This document shows, one piece after another, positions 1 through 13,230 of a DNA stretch of 64,000 nt. How positions within the stretch are numbered: the first letter of the stretch is position 1; every line of letters begins with the position of its first letter. The position numbers and the translations under genes were made by a program. This DNA comes from the human T2T-CHM13v2.0 reference genome, Homo sapiens. The stretch is taken from assembly GCF_009914755.1 (NCBI RefSeq), contig NC_060929.1; one strand, written 5' to 3'. The notes under the pieces are model-generated. The model had not been told where the DNA came from. It saw only the letters and a list, made by a program, of their open reading frames with translations, and made no database searches.

Positions 1-1076
1 ACATTTGACCAAAGTTGCTCATGGTTTTATAAACTGGCTAGACAGATAGATGACATTTCTTTCTGAGAGACAGAATAAGAGAGAAATGAGTTTTTAAAAT
101 TCATTGTTATAATCCAAAGACTTATGAACGCAGATCACCGTTTTCAAAATAATTTTTTAATCTGCTTATTACTTTACATTAATTTTAGGTTTATATTATT
201 AAAATTATTAAGTCAAAATTAAAAGCACAGTTGATATTTTGTTTGGATTTACTTAAGTATATTTTTAATAAATAGCTTAATACATATAAATACTGTGTTC
301 TTCTATTTATTAAAGCTTTCTATTTTTCCAGTGGAAGCAGCATTACAAAACAAAAGATGTAAATTATAGAACTGGGAGTTTTAATGTTGAAATAAAATAA
401 ATTCCAGAATGTGATAGAACAATAGGAAGGTTAATATTAGTCAACATGCTTCTAATGTACGTGTTTCTGCTGATTTTAAAATGTAATCATTTATCCTATT
501 GCAATTCTAAGTTAACATTCTTCCAATGGACAAGAAACTAACTTAAAGCCACTACTAGAAATACTGTGGAAGATGATAGCTTAAATTCAACAACTCTCTC
601 TGTCTTCTATATTTCTGCTACGGTGATTCGTCAATTCCATTAATAGTCAGTTTATGAGGATAGCATTTAACATATAGTTGCAGCCCTTTCATGTACTAGT
701 AATTTTCGGTTATCATATAGATGATTCAGGCAAGAAGTTCTTTCAGAGGCCAATTCACCATGCACTTCTTTGGAGGACAGAGAAGGCAGCCAATATGGAC
801 GCTTAATGGCTCGGACCAACGTTTCTGCGTTAGTCCTCTCTTGTGGTCTACCAGCCCACCACCACATGAGACACTTGACAATTATGCCCGCACAGCAAAC
901 TAGGGAAAGCACTTGAGATCTGAGCTGGTGAATGTGAGTAAATTGAGACTAGCCCGAAGATAGTAAAATATTACCAGAAATGTAGTATGTTTCAATAACT
1001 TGAAAGAAATAGTGTTAAAGAAAAAATATTAAAATATGTAGACATACCTAAGGGTAAAAAAAAAAAACAGAAAATG

Positions 1077-2858
1077 ATTTTATTATTATTATTATACTTT
1101 AGGTTATGGTATACATGCAGAACGTGCAGATTTGTTACATAGGTATACATGTGCCATGGTGGTTTGTGGCACCCATCAACCTGTCTCTACGTTAGGTATT
1201 TCTCCTAATGCTATCCCTCTCCTAGCCTCCCACCCCCGATAGGCCCCAGTGTGTGATGTTCCCCTCTCTGTGTCCACATGTTCTCAATGCTCAACTCCCA
1301 CATATGAGTGAGAACATGCAGTGCTTGGTTTTCTGTTTTTAAAAATAAATACAGTAATATAAGCAATGTATATATATTTTGAAAAATATATGGTAGTCTA
1401 AAAAAATATTTTGTAATTCCATCTCTTTAAAGATAGAAATAATATTAAATTATTTTTGTATTAGGTTGTTTAAAAAAAGTATTTGTGAGATTTTATTTTT
1501 CTGTTCTCATGTTAGTTTGCTGAAAATGATTGTTTCCAGCTTCATCCATGTCCCTGCAAAGGACACGCACTCATAATTTTTGTGGCTGCATAGTATTCCA
1601 TGGTGTATATGTGCCACATTTTCTTTATCCAGTCTGTCATTGATGGGTATTTGGGTTGGTTCCAAGTCTTTGCTATTGTGAACAGTGATGCAATAAACAT
1701 ATGTGTGCATGTATCTTTACAGTAAAATGATTTACATTTCCTTAGGTATATACCCAGTAATGGGATTGCTGGGTCAAATGGTATTTCTGGTTCTAGATCC
1801 TTGAGGAATTGCCACACTGTCTTCCACAATGGTTGAACTAATTTACACTCCTATCAACACTGTAAGAGCGTTCCTATTACTCCACATCTTCTCCAGCATC
1901 GGTTGTTTCCTGACTTTTTAATGATCACCATTCTAACTGGCGTGAGATGGTATCCCATTGTGGTTTTGATTTGCATTTCTCTAATGATCAGTGATGATAA
2001 GCTTTTTTTCGTATGCTTGTTGGCCACATAAATGTCTTCTTTTGAGAAGTATCTGTTTATATCCTTCACCTACTTTTTATGGGGCTGTTTGTTTTTTCCT
2101 TGTAAATTTGTTTAAGTTCATTATAGATTCTGGATATTAGCCCTTTGTCAGATGGATAGATTGCAAAGATTTTCTCCCATTCTGTAGGTTGCCTGTTCAC
2201 TCTGCTGATAATTTCTTTTGCTGTGCTGAAGCTTTTTAGTTTAATTAGATCCCATTTGTCAATTTTGGCTTTTGTTGCCATTACTTTTGGTGTTTTAGTC
2301 ATGAAATCCTTGCTCATGCCTATGTCCTGAATGGTATTGTCTAGGTTTTCTTCTAGGGTTTTTATGGTTTTAGGTCTTACGTTTAAGTCTTTAATCCAGC
2401 TTGAGTTAATTTTTGTATAAGGTTTAAGGAAGGGGTCTGTTTCAGTTTTCTACATATGGTTAGCCAGTTTTCCCAACACCATTTATTAAATAGGGAATCC
2501 TTTCCCCATTGCTTGTTTTTGTCAGGTTTGTCAAAGATCAGGTGGATGTAGATGAGTGGCATTATTTCTGAGACCTCTGTTCTGTCCAATTGGTCTATAT
2601 ATCTGTTTTGGTACCAGTACCATTCTGTTTTTGTTACTGTAGCCTTGCAATATAGTTTGAAGTCAGGTAGCATGATGCCTCCAGCTTTGTTCTTTTTGTT
2701 TAGGATTGTCTTGGCTATGTGGGCTCTTTTATGGTTCCTTATGAAATTTAAAGTAGCTTTTTCTAATTCTGTGAAGAAAGTCAATGAGAGCTTGATGGGG
2801 ATAGCACTGAACCTATAAATTACTTTGGGCAGTATGGCCATTTTCATGATATTGATTT
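1077..2858 (-). mobile_element. 5'-truncated L1PA (about L1PA7-8), ORF2 end plus 3' UTR, interrupted by a non-L1 insert at 1338-1496
   Basis: T-rich tail at about 1077, then antisense L1 3' UTR (tttgttacataggtatacatgtgccatggtggtttg). Minus-strand ORFs translate to L1 ORF2 C-terminus ([38 protein letters not shown]) with frameshifts. Confidence 0.95.
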
Positions 2859-3224
2859 TCAAAAATAGCCTTCACCCAAAAACATAGCCACCAAAGTAGT
2901 AAATCAAACACTGGAATTATTAAGAGATAACTTCAAAGAAGCACAGTAGTACTTTAGTTTACTTTTCTCATGATATGACAATCACATGGGATGATAGACA
3001 AGGTATAAATGACCTAATTGATGAGGTACATCACGTACTCATATTCCACAAATATATGTGATATATTTCCATAGAATTTGATGAATAAATGCATATACAT
3101 TTCAAAATCAACTCAAAATATTTAATTTGCTTCATTTTAATGTGTCTGTGAATAGTGACAACAATTAAGTAGAAATGTACTGCAATAAAATATCAATAAA
3201 AGTCTATAAAGTGATATATATGTA

Positions 3225-3580
3225 TATGATTTTACACTCTGATCACAAATGAATTAAACTTGAAATTAAAAACAAGCAACAAATCTCCTTACTTGTAAAG
3301 CTAAACCACATCATTGAAACTAGCATAATGAATGGAAATAAACCAATAACTAATTCAAATGATTTCAAGAATATAATATGGATATAAATAATATGCATTA
3401 ACTAAACCGACAAGATTTATTTGAAATGATACTCAGAATAAAATTTATATTATCAATTTTGAAGATTTAAAACAAGAAACTACAAGTTGTAACCAAAATG
3501 GAACAAATAATTCAAATTAGAGATGCAGAAATAAAACTACAAAATAAACCTAAATATAAAAAGGAATAAAAAATAAAATA
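3225..3580 (+). mobile_element. ancient L1M ORF2 fragment (endonuclease C-terminal region)
   Basis: ctctgatcacaaatgaattaaacttgaaatt resembles the SDH..IKLEI motif of L1 endonuclease; A-rich L1 sense composition. Confidence 0.55.
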
Positions 3581-3585
3581 TCTAA

Positions 3586-3751
3586 GCCAGATGGAGAGGT
3601 ATGCACATGTAGTGCCAGCTACTGAGAAAGCTAAAGCAGGAGGATCTCTTGCCCAGGAGTTCAAGTATGTAGTGCACTGTGAGTGTGTCTACGAATAGTT
3701 ACCACACTGCAGCTTGTACAACATAGTAAGACCACATCTCTTAATAAAAAA
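3586..3751 (+). mobile_element. FAM (fossil Alu monomer, 7SL-derived SINE)
   Basis: Alu-like 5' part (tgtagtgccagctact...ggaggatc...cccaggagttc) followed by 7SL-type gaatag...caacatagtaagacc and an A tail; aaaatatct on both flanks. Confidence 0.8.
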
Positions 3752-3853
3752 TATCTCTAAACAACATTAGAATATAACTACGATACAGGCATACTTTGTT
3801 TTGTTGAACTTCTTTTCTTCGCACTTCACAGATTTTTAAAAATGCAAATCGAA

Positions 3854-4167
3854 GGCCGGGCGTGGTGGCTCACACCTGTAATCCCAGCACTTTGGGAAGC
3901 CAAGGTGGGCAGATCACGAGGTCAGGAGATCGAGACCACCCTGGCTAACACAGTGAAACCCCGTCTCTAATAAAAATACAAAAAAAAAAAAAAAAGAGCG
4001 TGGCATGGTGGCAGGTGCCTGTAATCCCAGCTACTCAGGAGGCTGAGGCATGAGGCAGGAGAATCGCTCAAACCCAGAAGGCAGAGGTTTCAGTGAGCCG
4101 AGATCACGCCACTGCACTCCAGCCTGGGTGACACAGTGGGACTCCCATCTCAAAAAAAAAAAAAAAA
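3854..4167 (+). mobile_element. AluS (AluSc/Sc8-like) inserted in Tigger1
   Basis: ggccgggcgtggtggctcac start, gatcacgaggtcaggagatcgagacc...ggctaacac, S-type right arm, A tail. Flanking duplication aaaaatgcaaatcgaagg / aaaaatacaaatagaagg. Confidence 0.95.
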
Positions 4168-4530
4168 TACAAATAGAAGGTTTGTAGCAACCGAGTTGAA
4201 CAAGTCCATCGGTGCCATATTTTTCAACTGCACGGGCTCACTTTGTGTCTCTGAGTCTCATTTGGTAATTCTAGCAATATTTCAAAAATTTTCATTATCA
4301 TTTTTTCTGTTATGGTAATATATGATGAGTGAACTTTGCTGTTACTATTGTAACTGTTTTGGAGCACCACAAATCTTGCCCATAAGGGACAATGAACTTA
4401 AGTAGTAAATTCTGTGTATGGACTGACTACTCCATCAACTGGGCATTCCCCCTTCTCTCCTCCTCTCCTCATGCCACCCTAGTCCCTGAGACACAAAAAT
4501 ATTGAAATCAGGCCAATTAGTAACCTTATA

Positions 4531-5890
4531 ATGTCCTCTAGGCATTCAGGTGAACGAGTCACACACCTCTCACTTTAAATCAAAAACTGGAAATGATTAA
4601 GCTTCATGAGGAAGGCTTGTGCATGTCTGAAGCTGAGACAGGCTGAGGGGTAAGCCTCTTGTAGCAAAAAGACGAGTTGGCAAAGTGAAGGTAAAGTTAT
4701 CAAAAGAAATTAAAAGTGCTATTCTAGTGAAACATGAATGATAAGAAAGGGAAATAGCCTTATTGCTGATACTGAGAAAGTTGTAGTGATCTGGAGGAAA
4801 GATCGAACTAGCTATAGCATTTCCTTAAGCTAAAGCCTAATCCAGAGTAAGGCCCTAACTCTCTTCAATGTTATGAAGGCTGAGAGAAATGAAGGATCTA
4901 CAAAAGAAAAGACTGAAGCTGGCAGATGCTGGTTCATGGGGTTTAAGGAAAGAAGCCATTCCTTAACATAAAAGTGCAAGTTGGAGAAGCAAGTGGTAAT
5001 GTGGAAGCTGGAACAAGTTATTCAGAAAAATCAAGCTGAGATAATAATGAAGTTGATGACACTAAACAGGTTTTCAATATAGACAAAACTGCCTTCTATT
5101 GGAAAAAGATGCCATCTAGGACTTTCCAAGCTACCGAGGAGAAGTCAAGACCTGGCTTCAAAGCTTTAAAAAGACCAGGCTGACTCTCTTGTTAGGGGAT
5201 ATTGCAGTTGCTGACTTTAAGTTGAACTCAATGTTCAGTTATTATCCTGAAAATCCTAGGTTTTCTTAAGAATCATGCAAAATCTACTTCACCTGTGCTT
5301 TATAAATGGAACAATAAAGCCTAGATGACAGGATATTTGCTTAAAGTTTGACTTATGGAGTATTTTAACTCCACTGATGAGACCTACTGCTCAGAAAAAA
5401 AATCCTTTCAAAATATTACTGCTCATTGACAATGTGCCCAGTCATCCAAGAGCTCTGCTGAAGATGTACATGGAGATTAATGTTGTTTACATGCCTGCTA
5501 ACACAACACCCAGTCTGCAGCCTGTGGATCAAAGAGTAATTTTGACTTTCAAGTCTCATTATTTAAGAAATACATTTTGTAAGGCTATAGTTCCCATAGA
5601 CAGTGATTCTTCTGATGAATCTGAGCAAAGTGAATTGAAAACCTTCTGGATAGGATTCACCATTCTAGATGCCATTAGGAACATTCATGATTCTTGGAAG
5701 GAGGGCAAACTATCAACATTAACAGAAATTTGGAATAAGTTGATTCTAACCCTCATGAATGACTTTTGAAGAATATAAGCCTTCAGTGAAGGAAGTAACT
5801 ACAGATATAGTGGAAATAGCAAGAGACCAAGGCTTAGAAATGGATTCTGAAGATATGATTGAAGTACTGTAATCTTATGGTAAAACTTGA
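4531..5890 (+). pseudogene. disrupted Tigger1 transposase ORF
   Basis: ATG at 4531 in the expected position. Segment 5377-5769 encodes KILLLIDNVPSHP...LQPVDQRVILTFKSHY (pogo-type catalytic motifs). Multiple stops and frameshifts. Confidence 0.85.
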
Positions 5891-6494
5891 ACAGATGAGG
5901 AGGTGCTACTTAGGGATGATGAAAGAAAGTAGTTTCTTGAGATAGAAACTACCCCTGGTGAAGATGCTGTAAACATTGTTGAAATAAGAACAAAAAATTT
6001 AGAATATCATATAAAATTAGTTGATAAAGCAACAGCAGAGATGGAGAAGACTGACTTCAATTTTGACAGAAGTTTTACTGTGTGTAAAATGCTATCAAAT
6101 ATCATCAAATGCTACAGAGAAATCTTTTGTGAAAGGAAGAGTCAATCAATGTGCAAACTTCATCATTGTCTTGTTTTAAGAAATTGCCACAGACACCCAA
6201 CCGTTGTCAACTACCACCCTTATCAGTCAGCAGCACTCAACATAAAGTCAACAGCCTCCACCAGCAAAAAAATGATGACTTGGTGAAGGTTCAAAGGATC
6301 ATTAGCACTTTTCAGCATTAAAATATTTTTAACTTAAGGTATATACATTGTTTTTTGACACATACTGCTACTGCATACTTAAAATGCTACCATAGAGTGT
6401 AAATATAACTGTTATATGCACCGGGAAACCAGAAAATTTGTGTTACTGCAGTGGTCTGGAACTGAATCTGTATTATCTATGAGGTATTTCTGTA

Positions 6495-6620
6495 TGTTCA
6501 CTTCACCACTCTTATTCAACATAGTACCAGAAGTTCAAGCTTCATCATTTGGCCAAAAAAAAGAGATAAAAGGCATTCAGTTTAAAAAGGAAGAAATTAA
6601 ACTTTTTATTTGGAAATGTC
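6495..6620 (+). mobile_element. ancient L1M ORF2 reverse-transcriptase fragment
   Basis: Translates [11 protein letters not shown]...[16 protein letters not shown], matching the L1 RT region. Confidence 0.75.
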
Positions 6621-7018
6621 ATAATTTTTTTCCATCTTTAACAAGAGGCCTCCAAATAATGTGAGTTCAGAAGAGAATATTTTGAAGTTGCCATTAGTCT
6701 ACCCATCAATGAACATCTATACCCATGTATTTGTCTTTGCCTCTGTTACAATAATAGATATGCTATTCCTATCTAAGGTTAACTTATTTACCTGGACAGT
6801 GGGCCTCGTGCTACCTGAACTGCTGAAGAATATTGCCAGGGTGATCCATCTTTCATTATGAATATTTTCCTTTGGACCTATTTGTTTATATAAGCATAAA
6901 ATCATAATATGACTGTCTTATATTAAAAATAGCCTCTCTTGTGTCCACTACCCCTATAGCTATCACTTTGTTTCTTTGCTCCCTTTAGCAGAGAAACTTC
7001 TTAAAAAATTGTTTTTAT

Positions 7019-8071
7019 CACCAAAAGCAATGGCAACAAAAGCCAAAATAGACATATGGGATGGAATTAAACTAAAGAGCTTCTGCACAGCAAAAGAAAC
7101 TACCATCAGAGTGAACAGGCAACCTACACAATGGGAGAAAATTTTTGTAATCTACCCATCTGACAAAGGACTAATATCCAGAATCTACAAAGAACTTAAA
7201 CAAATTTACAAAAATAAAAAATAAAAAACTCCATCAAAAAGTGGGCAAAGGATATGAACAGACACTTCTCAAAAGAAAACATTTATGCAGCCAACAGACA
7301 CATGAAAAAATGCTCATCATCACTGGTCATCAGAGAAATGCAAATCAAAACCACAATGAGATACCATCTCATTTCAGTTAGAATGGCAATCATTAAAAAG
7401 TCAGGAAACAACAGATGCTGGAGAGGATGTGGAGAAGTAGGAATGCTTTTACACTGTTGGTGGGAGTGTAAACTAGTTCAACCACTGTGGAAGACAGTGT
7501 GGCTATTCCTCAAGGATCTAGAGCTAGAAATACCATTTGACCAAGCGATCCCATTACTGGGTATATACCCAAAGGATTATAAATCATACTACTATAAAGA
7601 CACATGCACACATATGTTTACTGCGGCACTATTCACAATAGCAAAGACTTGGAACCAACCCAAATGTCCATCAATGATAGACTGGATTAAGAAAACGTGG
7701 CACATATACACCACGGAATACTATGAAGCCATAAAAAGGATGAGTTCATGTCCTTTGCAGGGACATGGATGAAGCTGGGAACCATCATTCTGAGCAAACC
7801 ATCACAAGGACAGAAAACCAAACACCGCGTGTTCTCACTCATAGCTGGAAATTGAACAATGAGAACACTTGGACACAAGGTGGGGAACATCACACACTGG
7901 GGCCTGTCATGGGGTGGGGGGCAGTGGGAGGGAGAGCATTAGGAGAAATACCTAATATAAACGATGAGTTAATGGGTGCAGCAAACCAGCATGGCACATG
8001 TATAGCTATGCAACAAACCTGCACATTGTGCACATGTACCCTAGAACTTAAAGAATAATAAAAATTGAAAG
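7019..8071 (+). mobile_element. 5'-truncated L1PA (about L1PA5-6)
   Basis: ORF2 C-terminus ([11 protein letters not shown]...[14 protein letters not shown]) and 3' UTR ending ctagaacttaaag. 14-bp TSD aaaattgtttttat at 7005-7018 and 8072-8085. Confidence 0.96.
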
Positions 8072-8448
8072 AAAATTGTTTTTATTTCCTGTTTTTAATT
8101 TCCTCCCCCTATTTTCTCCAGAACTCTCTAAATTTCTGTATTTTGCCCAAAAGATGCTAAGAAGTCTGATTGTCATCAATACTCACACTGTTAAATCCAA
8201 TAACTAACAGGCCTTGACTTACCAGCCACCTTCCTCGGTGCTGACTAGTCCATTCACATTGAGGTATTTTCTTTGCTTGGATTGCAGTATCTTATGGTTT
8301 CCTGATGCAATTTCTTTATCGCCAGACACAGTTTTTTCCTCTCCTTTGTTAATTCTTCCTTATCTATCCAATTATTTAATTTCAGAGTTTCTTAAAGTTC
8401 ACACATTGGGTTATTTATTTTTTTGTCTATATTTATTTAATTTATTTA

Positions 8449-8576
8449 ATTTTTTTTTTTTAGAGACAGGGATTCACTATGTTGCCAAGGCTGGTCTCAA
8501 ACGCCTGAGCTCAAGGGATTCTCTTGCCTGACTTCCAAGTAGCTGGGATGACCAGGCACAAGCCAACATGTCCAAC
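8449..8576 (-). mobile_element. Alu monomer (FLAM-like)
   Basis: T tract then agagacagggattcactatgttgccaaggctggtctcaaac...ctcaagggat; single arm only. Confidence 0.85.
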
Positions 8577-8660
8577 ATTTTGCCTACATTTATTGATTAA
8601 TATTTTCATCCAGACTCCTGGCATTAAATACCATCTATACATTACACACTACCTTTATTA

Positions 8661-9052
8661 ATATAGGCTCTTTAAGAAAGAGATATTGAGATCAAGATTC
8701 AAGTGTAAGTAGTTTATTTGGCAGAGAGTGGGGGGAATAAACCTACAAAAATACCATTATACGAATAGGAAAGTTAGTGAGGAAACTAAAGATTAAAAAT
8801 AAGTTTGTTAAGAAACTAGTTACCAGTGAAAAATAGGGCTTCAAATCCTTCTAGGGATCCAGGATAATTGGAGAAAAACATATGCTTAGATTGTCCCATC
8901 AGAAAGATGAAAGAAACAGGAATATTTACCCACCCTGATCTGTCATTAAGTGAGAGCTCTTTGGTAAAGGATGATAATCTAAAATTGAGAGAATATGCAA
9001 AGAAATAGTAAATATAAGGTGAGATGGGTGGGACCTCAATAACCCCCACTGC
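8661..9052 (-). mobile_element. old ERVL-type solo LTR (LTR33/LTR16-like)
   Basis: gagatcaagattcaagtgtaagtagtttatttgg resembles the antisense 3' end of this LTR group; purine-rich block splitting L2. Confidence 0.5.
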
Positions 9053-12000
9053 CCTCTCCACATTCTTTCACGAAGCCAGTAATTTCTTTAAACTCCTGAC
9101 CTGTATATGCAAATGCCCACTTGACCTCTCCAACTAAGAGTTCTATTAGACATCTCAAAAGGAGTATGGTTATTGGGAAGCTCCTGATCTACACACACAT
9201 TCTAAATTTATTCCTTTGCACTTTTCCTCATTTCACAAAAAAGGTAATTCCAGCCTTGCGATTGCTTAGGCCAAAACACACTGGAGTCCTTCCTGAGTCT
9301 TCTCATTCTTTGAAACTCCACCCCATCTAGAAAAGACTACCAGTATATCCTGTAGTCTTTTCTATACAGACACACCTCCCTTACCCCCTCACTGCTCACC
9401 TTTTCCTTGGCTACAACCTTTTCTGACCTAGAATACGTCAATGATCTTCCACCTGGTCTGTCTCATTCTGCTATGGCTTCCCTTATAGCATCCAGACTGA
9501 TTCTAATTGAAAATTAAAACCACTCGTGCAATTTCTCTGCTCCGACTTTCTAATACCTTTTCATGTCATTAAGAAACAAGAAATATCTGTGAAATGCCTA
9601 CAGGCACCTTAGAATAAATGTCCCCCCCCATCACCTCTCTAAGCTCATCACCTACTTGCTTGCTCCAATCTGGTCAGGCTGGCCTCCTTGTTGGGCCTCG
9701 GACATGAAAGCATGACCCCTTTCGGTGGCTTTGCATTTGTTGATCTCTCCTTATGGGGCATTCTTACCGCATATCCACTGAGTGTCTCCCTTGCTTTCTT
9801 GATTCTTTACTGATGGCACTCACCCTGAGAATTTTATTTAAAAATTGCAGAAGAATAGTTGGGACTAGTCTTTCCCTAGTCCCCACTTCCCTTTCTTGCA
9901 TTTTGTTCTCATAGCACCTGTTACTGAATGAACACTATATAATGCTTTAATTAAATCTCCTATTTCTTTTTTCCTTTCTAGAGATGAACATTGAAGGCAA
10001 GAAGAATTTTCCCTGTTTTATTCATGTAGATAGCCCCCAAACCTAGACTAGATTTTAGTGCTGGTGTGTACTCAGGTAAATACTCATTGTAGGAAATAAT
10101 TCATGAAATTATATATTTACTTGAGGGTTAACTGCGAGACTCTTGTTTCATCCATCATAAAAAATGCTTTATATTCAAAGGTGTTACACTATGAAAACAA
10201 AAACCCTCTGTAATTTCATAATTCAAATTCGCAACATTTTTGCATTTTATTATAGTGTGCTTGGTTTCATTCTACTTTCAATTGCTATTATTGTTTTGGT
10301 TTCATAAGCAGAGAACAGACCTACAGTGAACTCAAAACAAAATAAAAAATAGTGTGTGATCAAAGAAAACATCTGAAGGAAATGTTATTCAATATAATCA
10401 TCTTCTGATCCTTACTAGAAAACAATTATAAGATGTATTTAAGTGATAGTGGACCAAGTATTGAATGTATCTGCTTAAAAGAAATATTATATTAGTACGT
10501 CTTTAAATTCTCAGAAATACATGCTTTGTTTTGTTTTCTCATGTTGTCTGGATTGTGTTGAATAACTGTAGCCAAACAACTTGGGAGGTTTTACTATAAA
10601 GTACAAATTATTCAGAGATTATCTCTTGGGATTAACACACTTTTAAATCAACATGCCTATAGAACCACCTAAAAATACAACTTAGCATTTTTATCATAGA
10701 GTAAAAGCAACTTATTCACTAATAAGTGTCAGTACCCAGGCACTACTGTGTCTGGCCCACAGGAATCTTGATAAGCGTGTAAACGAATAACTGAAAAATA
10801 ATCGTTAAATACTAAAGATGCTGAGTAGGGGCAGGAAGTGGTAATGCTTTATCCATTAAATAAAGATTTTATTTAGTTTTACAAAACCTGGTTTGGATAC
10901 ATTCACTTAATCAAATAACATGAATCATTTATTCCCCTGTAGAGGATCCTGACACTCATTATAAACTTATCAAATAATAATTGAGTATATTTGTTCAATT
11001 AATTATATACTGTATTTCTTAGTCTCTAATCCATATGACTTTTCTGGTTTTTATTTGTTTGTTTTTCCCTTGGTGCCAAGCAGAGTATTTAGCACCTGGG
11101 ATTAGATACCCAACTCAGCTTTAAAAAATTAAATCAGTAATAAGGCAAATAACTGTGTACAGATACAGGTTTTGATTGAAAGAGGAAGAGTGGTATGAAT
11201 AGAAATACATTTGGAATAGTACTAAAGCAGAAATTTTCAGTTTCCATAGAGTAGCCTGTCGAAAAAGTAACCTGGTAATGAAGGAAAGAAAAACTGAGGA
11301 TAGTAGGAAGGAAGCTTAGATCCTAGAGAGTAAGGGACAGAAAGGAGAGGAGAAAAGATACCTAGAAAGAGCTTTGCTAATTTATCTATGGCTCTATTGT
11401 CAGGAATCACTAAAAACAGTTTGACAGCTCTTTACAATGCCTCTTGGAGACGCCTCCAGCACTTAATGACGTGTGGCATAGGTCCTCAGAAATTGTGACA
11501 CCATTTTACTAGTGTGATTATAATTATTTCTGTAAATATGGGAAGCCATTTATTATTACTGAAAGTTATTTTGCTAGTACCTAAATCATGGCATAGTTCT
11601 TATACTAACTAGATAGATTAATATACACAATGATGTTGTATATTAAACTTGATAATAACATATTAAACATATTTTACTGGAAATTAAGTCCATATAACTA
11701 AAAATTTCATGAAATAAAATTTTCATTGAATGTTTTCTGTGCCTACTTTATGAAATCAACCATTATGTTCTTGAAAAACCAGTAAATTCCTTCTTAGAGC
11801 ATATTTGCTTTTTTAAAATATGATCTCATTATCTTAAAAATAAAAAATGTGTCAGGGGAGGTGTGACGGTGTTGAGTTTGTACATAATGTTATCCCACAG
11901 AGCAGCTAGCTGGTTAATAGAAACACTGCTAAAAGTTACAGCAGTACAGGATTTTCCCTTAAGCTATGAATAATACATTACTTTGGTGTTTAATCCAGTG

Positions 12001-12299
12001 CTGACAAGAAGAGAAATGAGTTGGCATCCATATGGTGACTTAACTACATTTCTAGCTATTGTTCACTTAAATATTTAAGGCCTTATTTATAGATGGCAAT
12101 AAAATGAAATAAGGAATTAATATGTTGAATCTGTAACTATAAACAAAATCATGTACAGTAAAGTCATTAAATATATTTCATTTCTACCAAATCTGTTTTG
12201 TCTGAATTAACAGATAACCTGATCAGTATAGCTTAATTAGGGAGAGGGAGAATTTATCACTTTGCAAGTGACTGAGGTCCTTATGTATATTGTTTAGGT

Positions 12300-12820
<521 letters not shown>

Positions 12821-12856
12821 GTATTGGTTGTAAACGTTTTTTGAATATTTCACATC

Positions 12857-13047
12857 TTGTTTATTCACTTACCAGTTAATGAACATTTTTATTACTTCTA
12901 CATTTTTTGCTACTGTGAACAATGCTGCTATTAAGATACTTATGCAAGTGTGAACTTATGTTTTCATTTCCCTTAGACAGATACCTAGAAGTTGAATTGT
13001 CGGGTAATATGGTAAATTTATATTCCACTTTTTAAGAAACTGCCAAA
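12857..13047 (-). mobile_element. L1M (L1ME-like) fragment
   Basis: tgctactgtgaacaatgctgct...atacctagaagttgaattg...ttaagaaactgccaaa is antisense L1 ORF2 end. Confidence 0.75.
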
Positions 13048-13092
13048 AACATTTAAATTGTAAATATTTTTTATTGCTTGCTTATTTTCTGT

Positions 13093-13230
13093 GTAATTCA
13101 GTTCCTTAGAGAGCAAGATCTATACCATTTTTATCTTTATATACCTTCATAATGTCCCATATATGAGTAGTTTTCATTCAATATTTATTAAATGAATAAA
13201 TGCAAGAATGAATGAATAAATAAATGAATG
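13093..13230 (+). mobile_element. L2 3' end
   Basis: gttccttagagagcaagat... ending in a degenerate (tgaa)n tail. Confidence 0.6.

Larger units (their letters stand above)
3786..6492 (+). mobile_element. Tigger1 DNA transposon (TcMar-Tigger/pogo), near full length
   Basis: Begins TA|CAGGCATAC and ends GAGGTATTTCTG|TA (terminal inverted repeats with TA duplication). About 2.4 kb after removing the nested Alu; internal transposase remnants. Confidence 0.95.
8170..10110 (+). mobile_element. fragmented L2 LINE, interrupted by an Alu monomer and an LTR
   Basis: Pyrimidine-rich L2 motifs (ggcattaaataccatctata, cacttgacctctcc...agacatctcaaa, ctggcctccttg) and an L2-like 3' end near 10030-10110. Confidence 0.7.

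Noticed and set aside
667-912. 81-aa minus-strand and 60-aa plus-strand ORFs as small proteins
   Set aside because: No recognisable homology or motif; lengths are within chance expectation. Kept only as an unexplained segment.
3586-3751. 7SL RNA gene or pseudogene
   Set aside because: Lacks the 7SL S domain; length and structure match a FAM SINE.
9861-9883. 8-bp hairpin gggactag-N7-ctagtccc
   Set aside because: Short stem within decayed L2; expected by chance in 64 kb.
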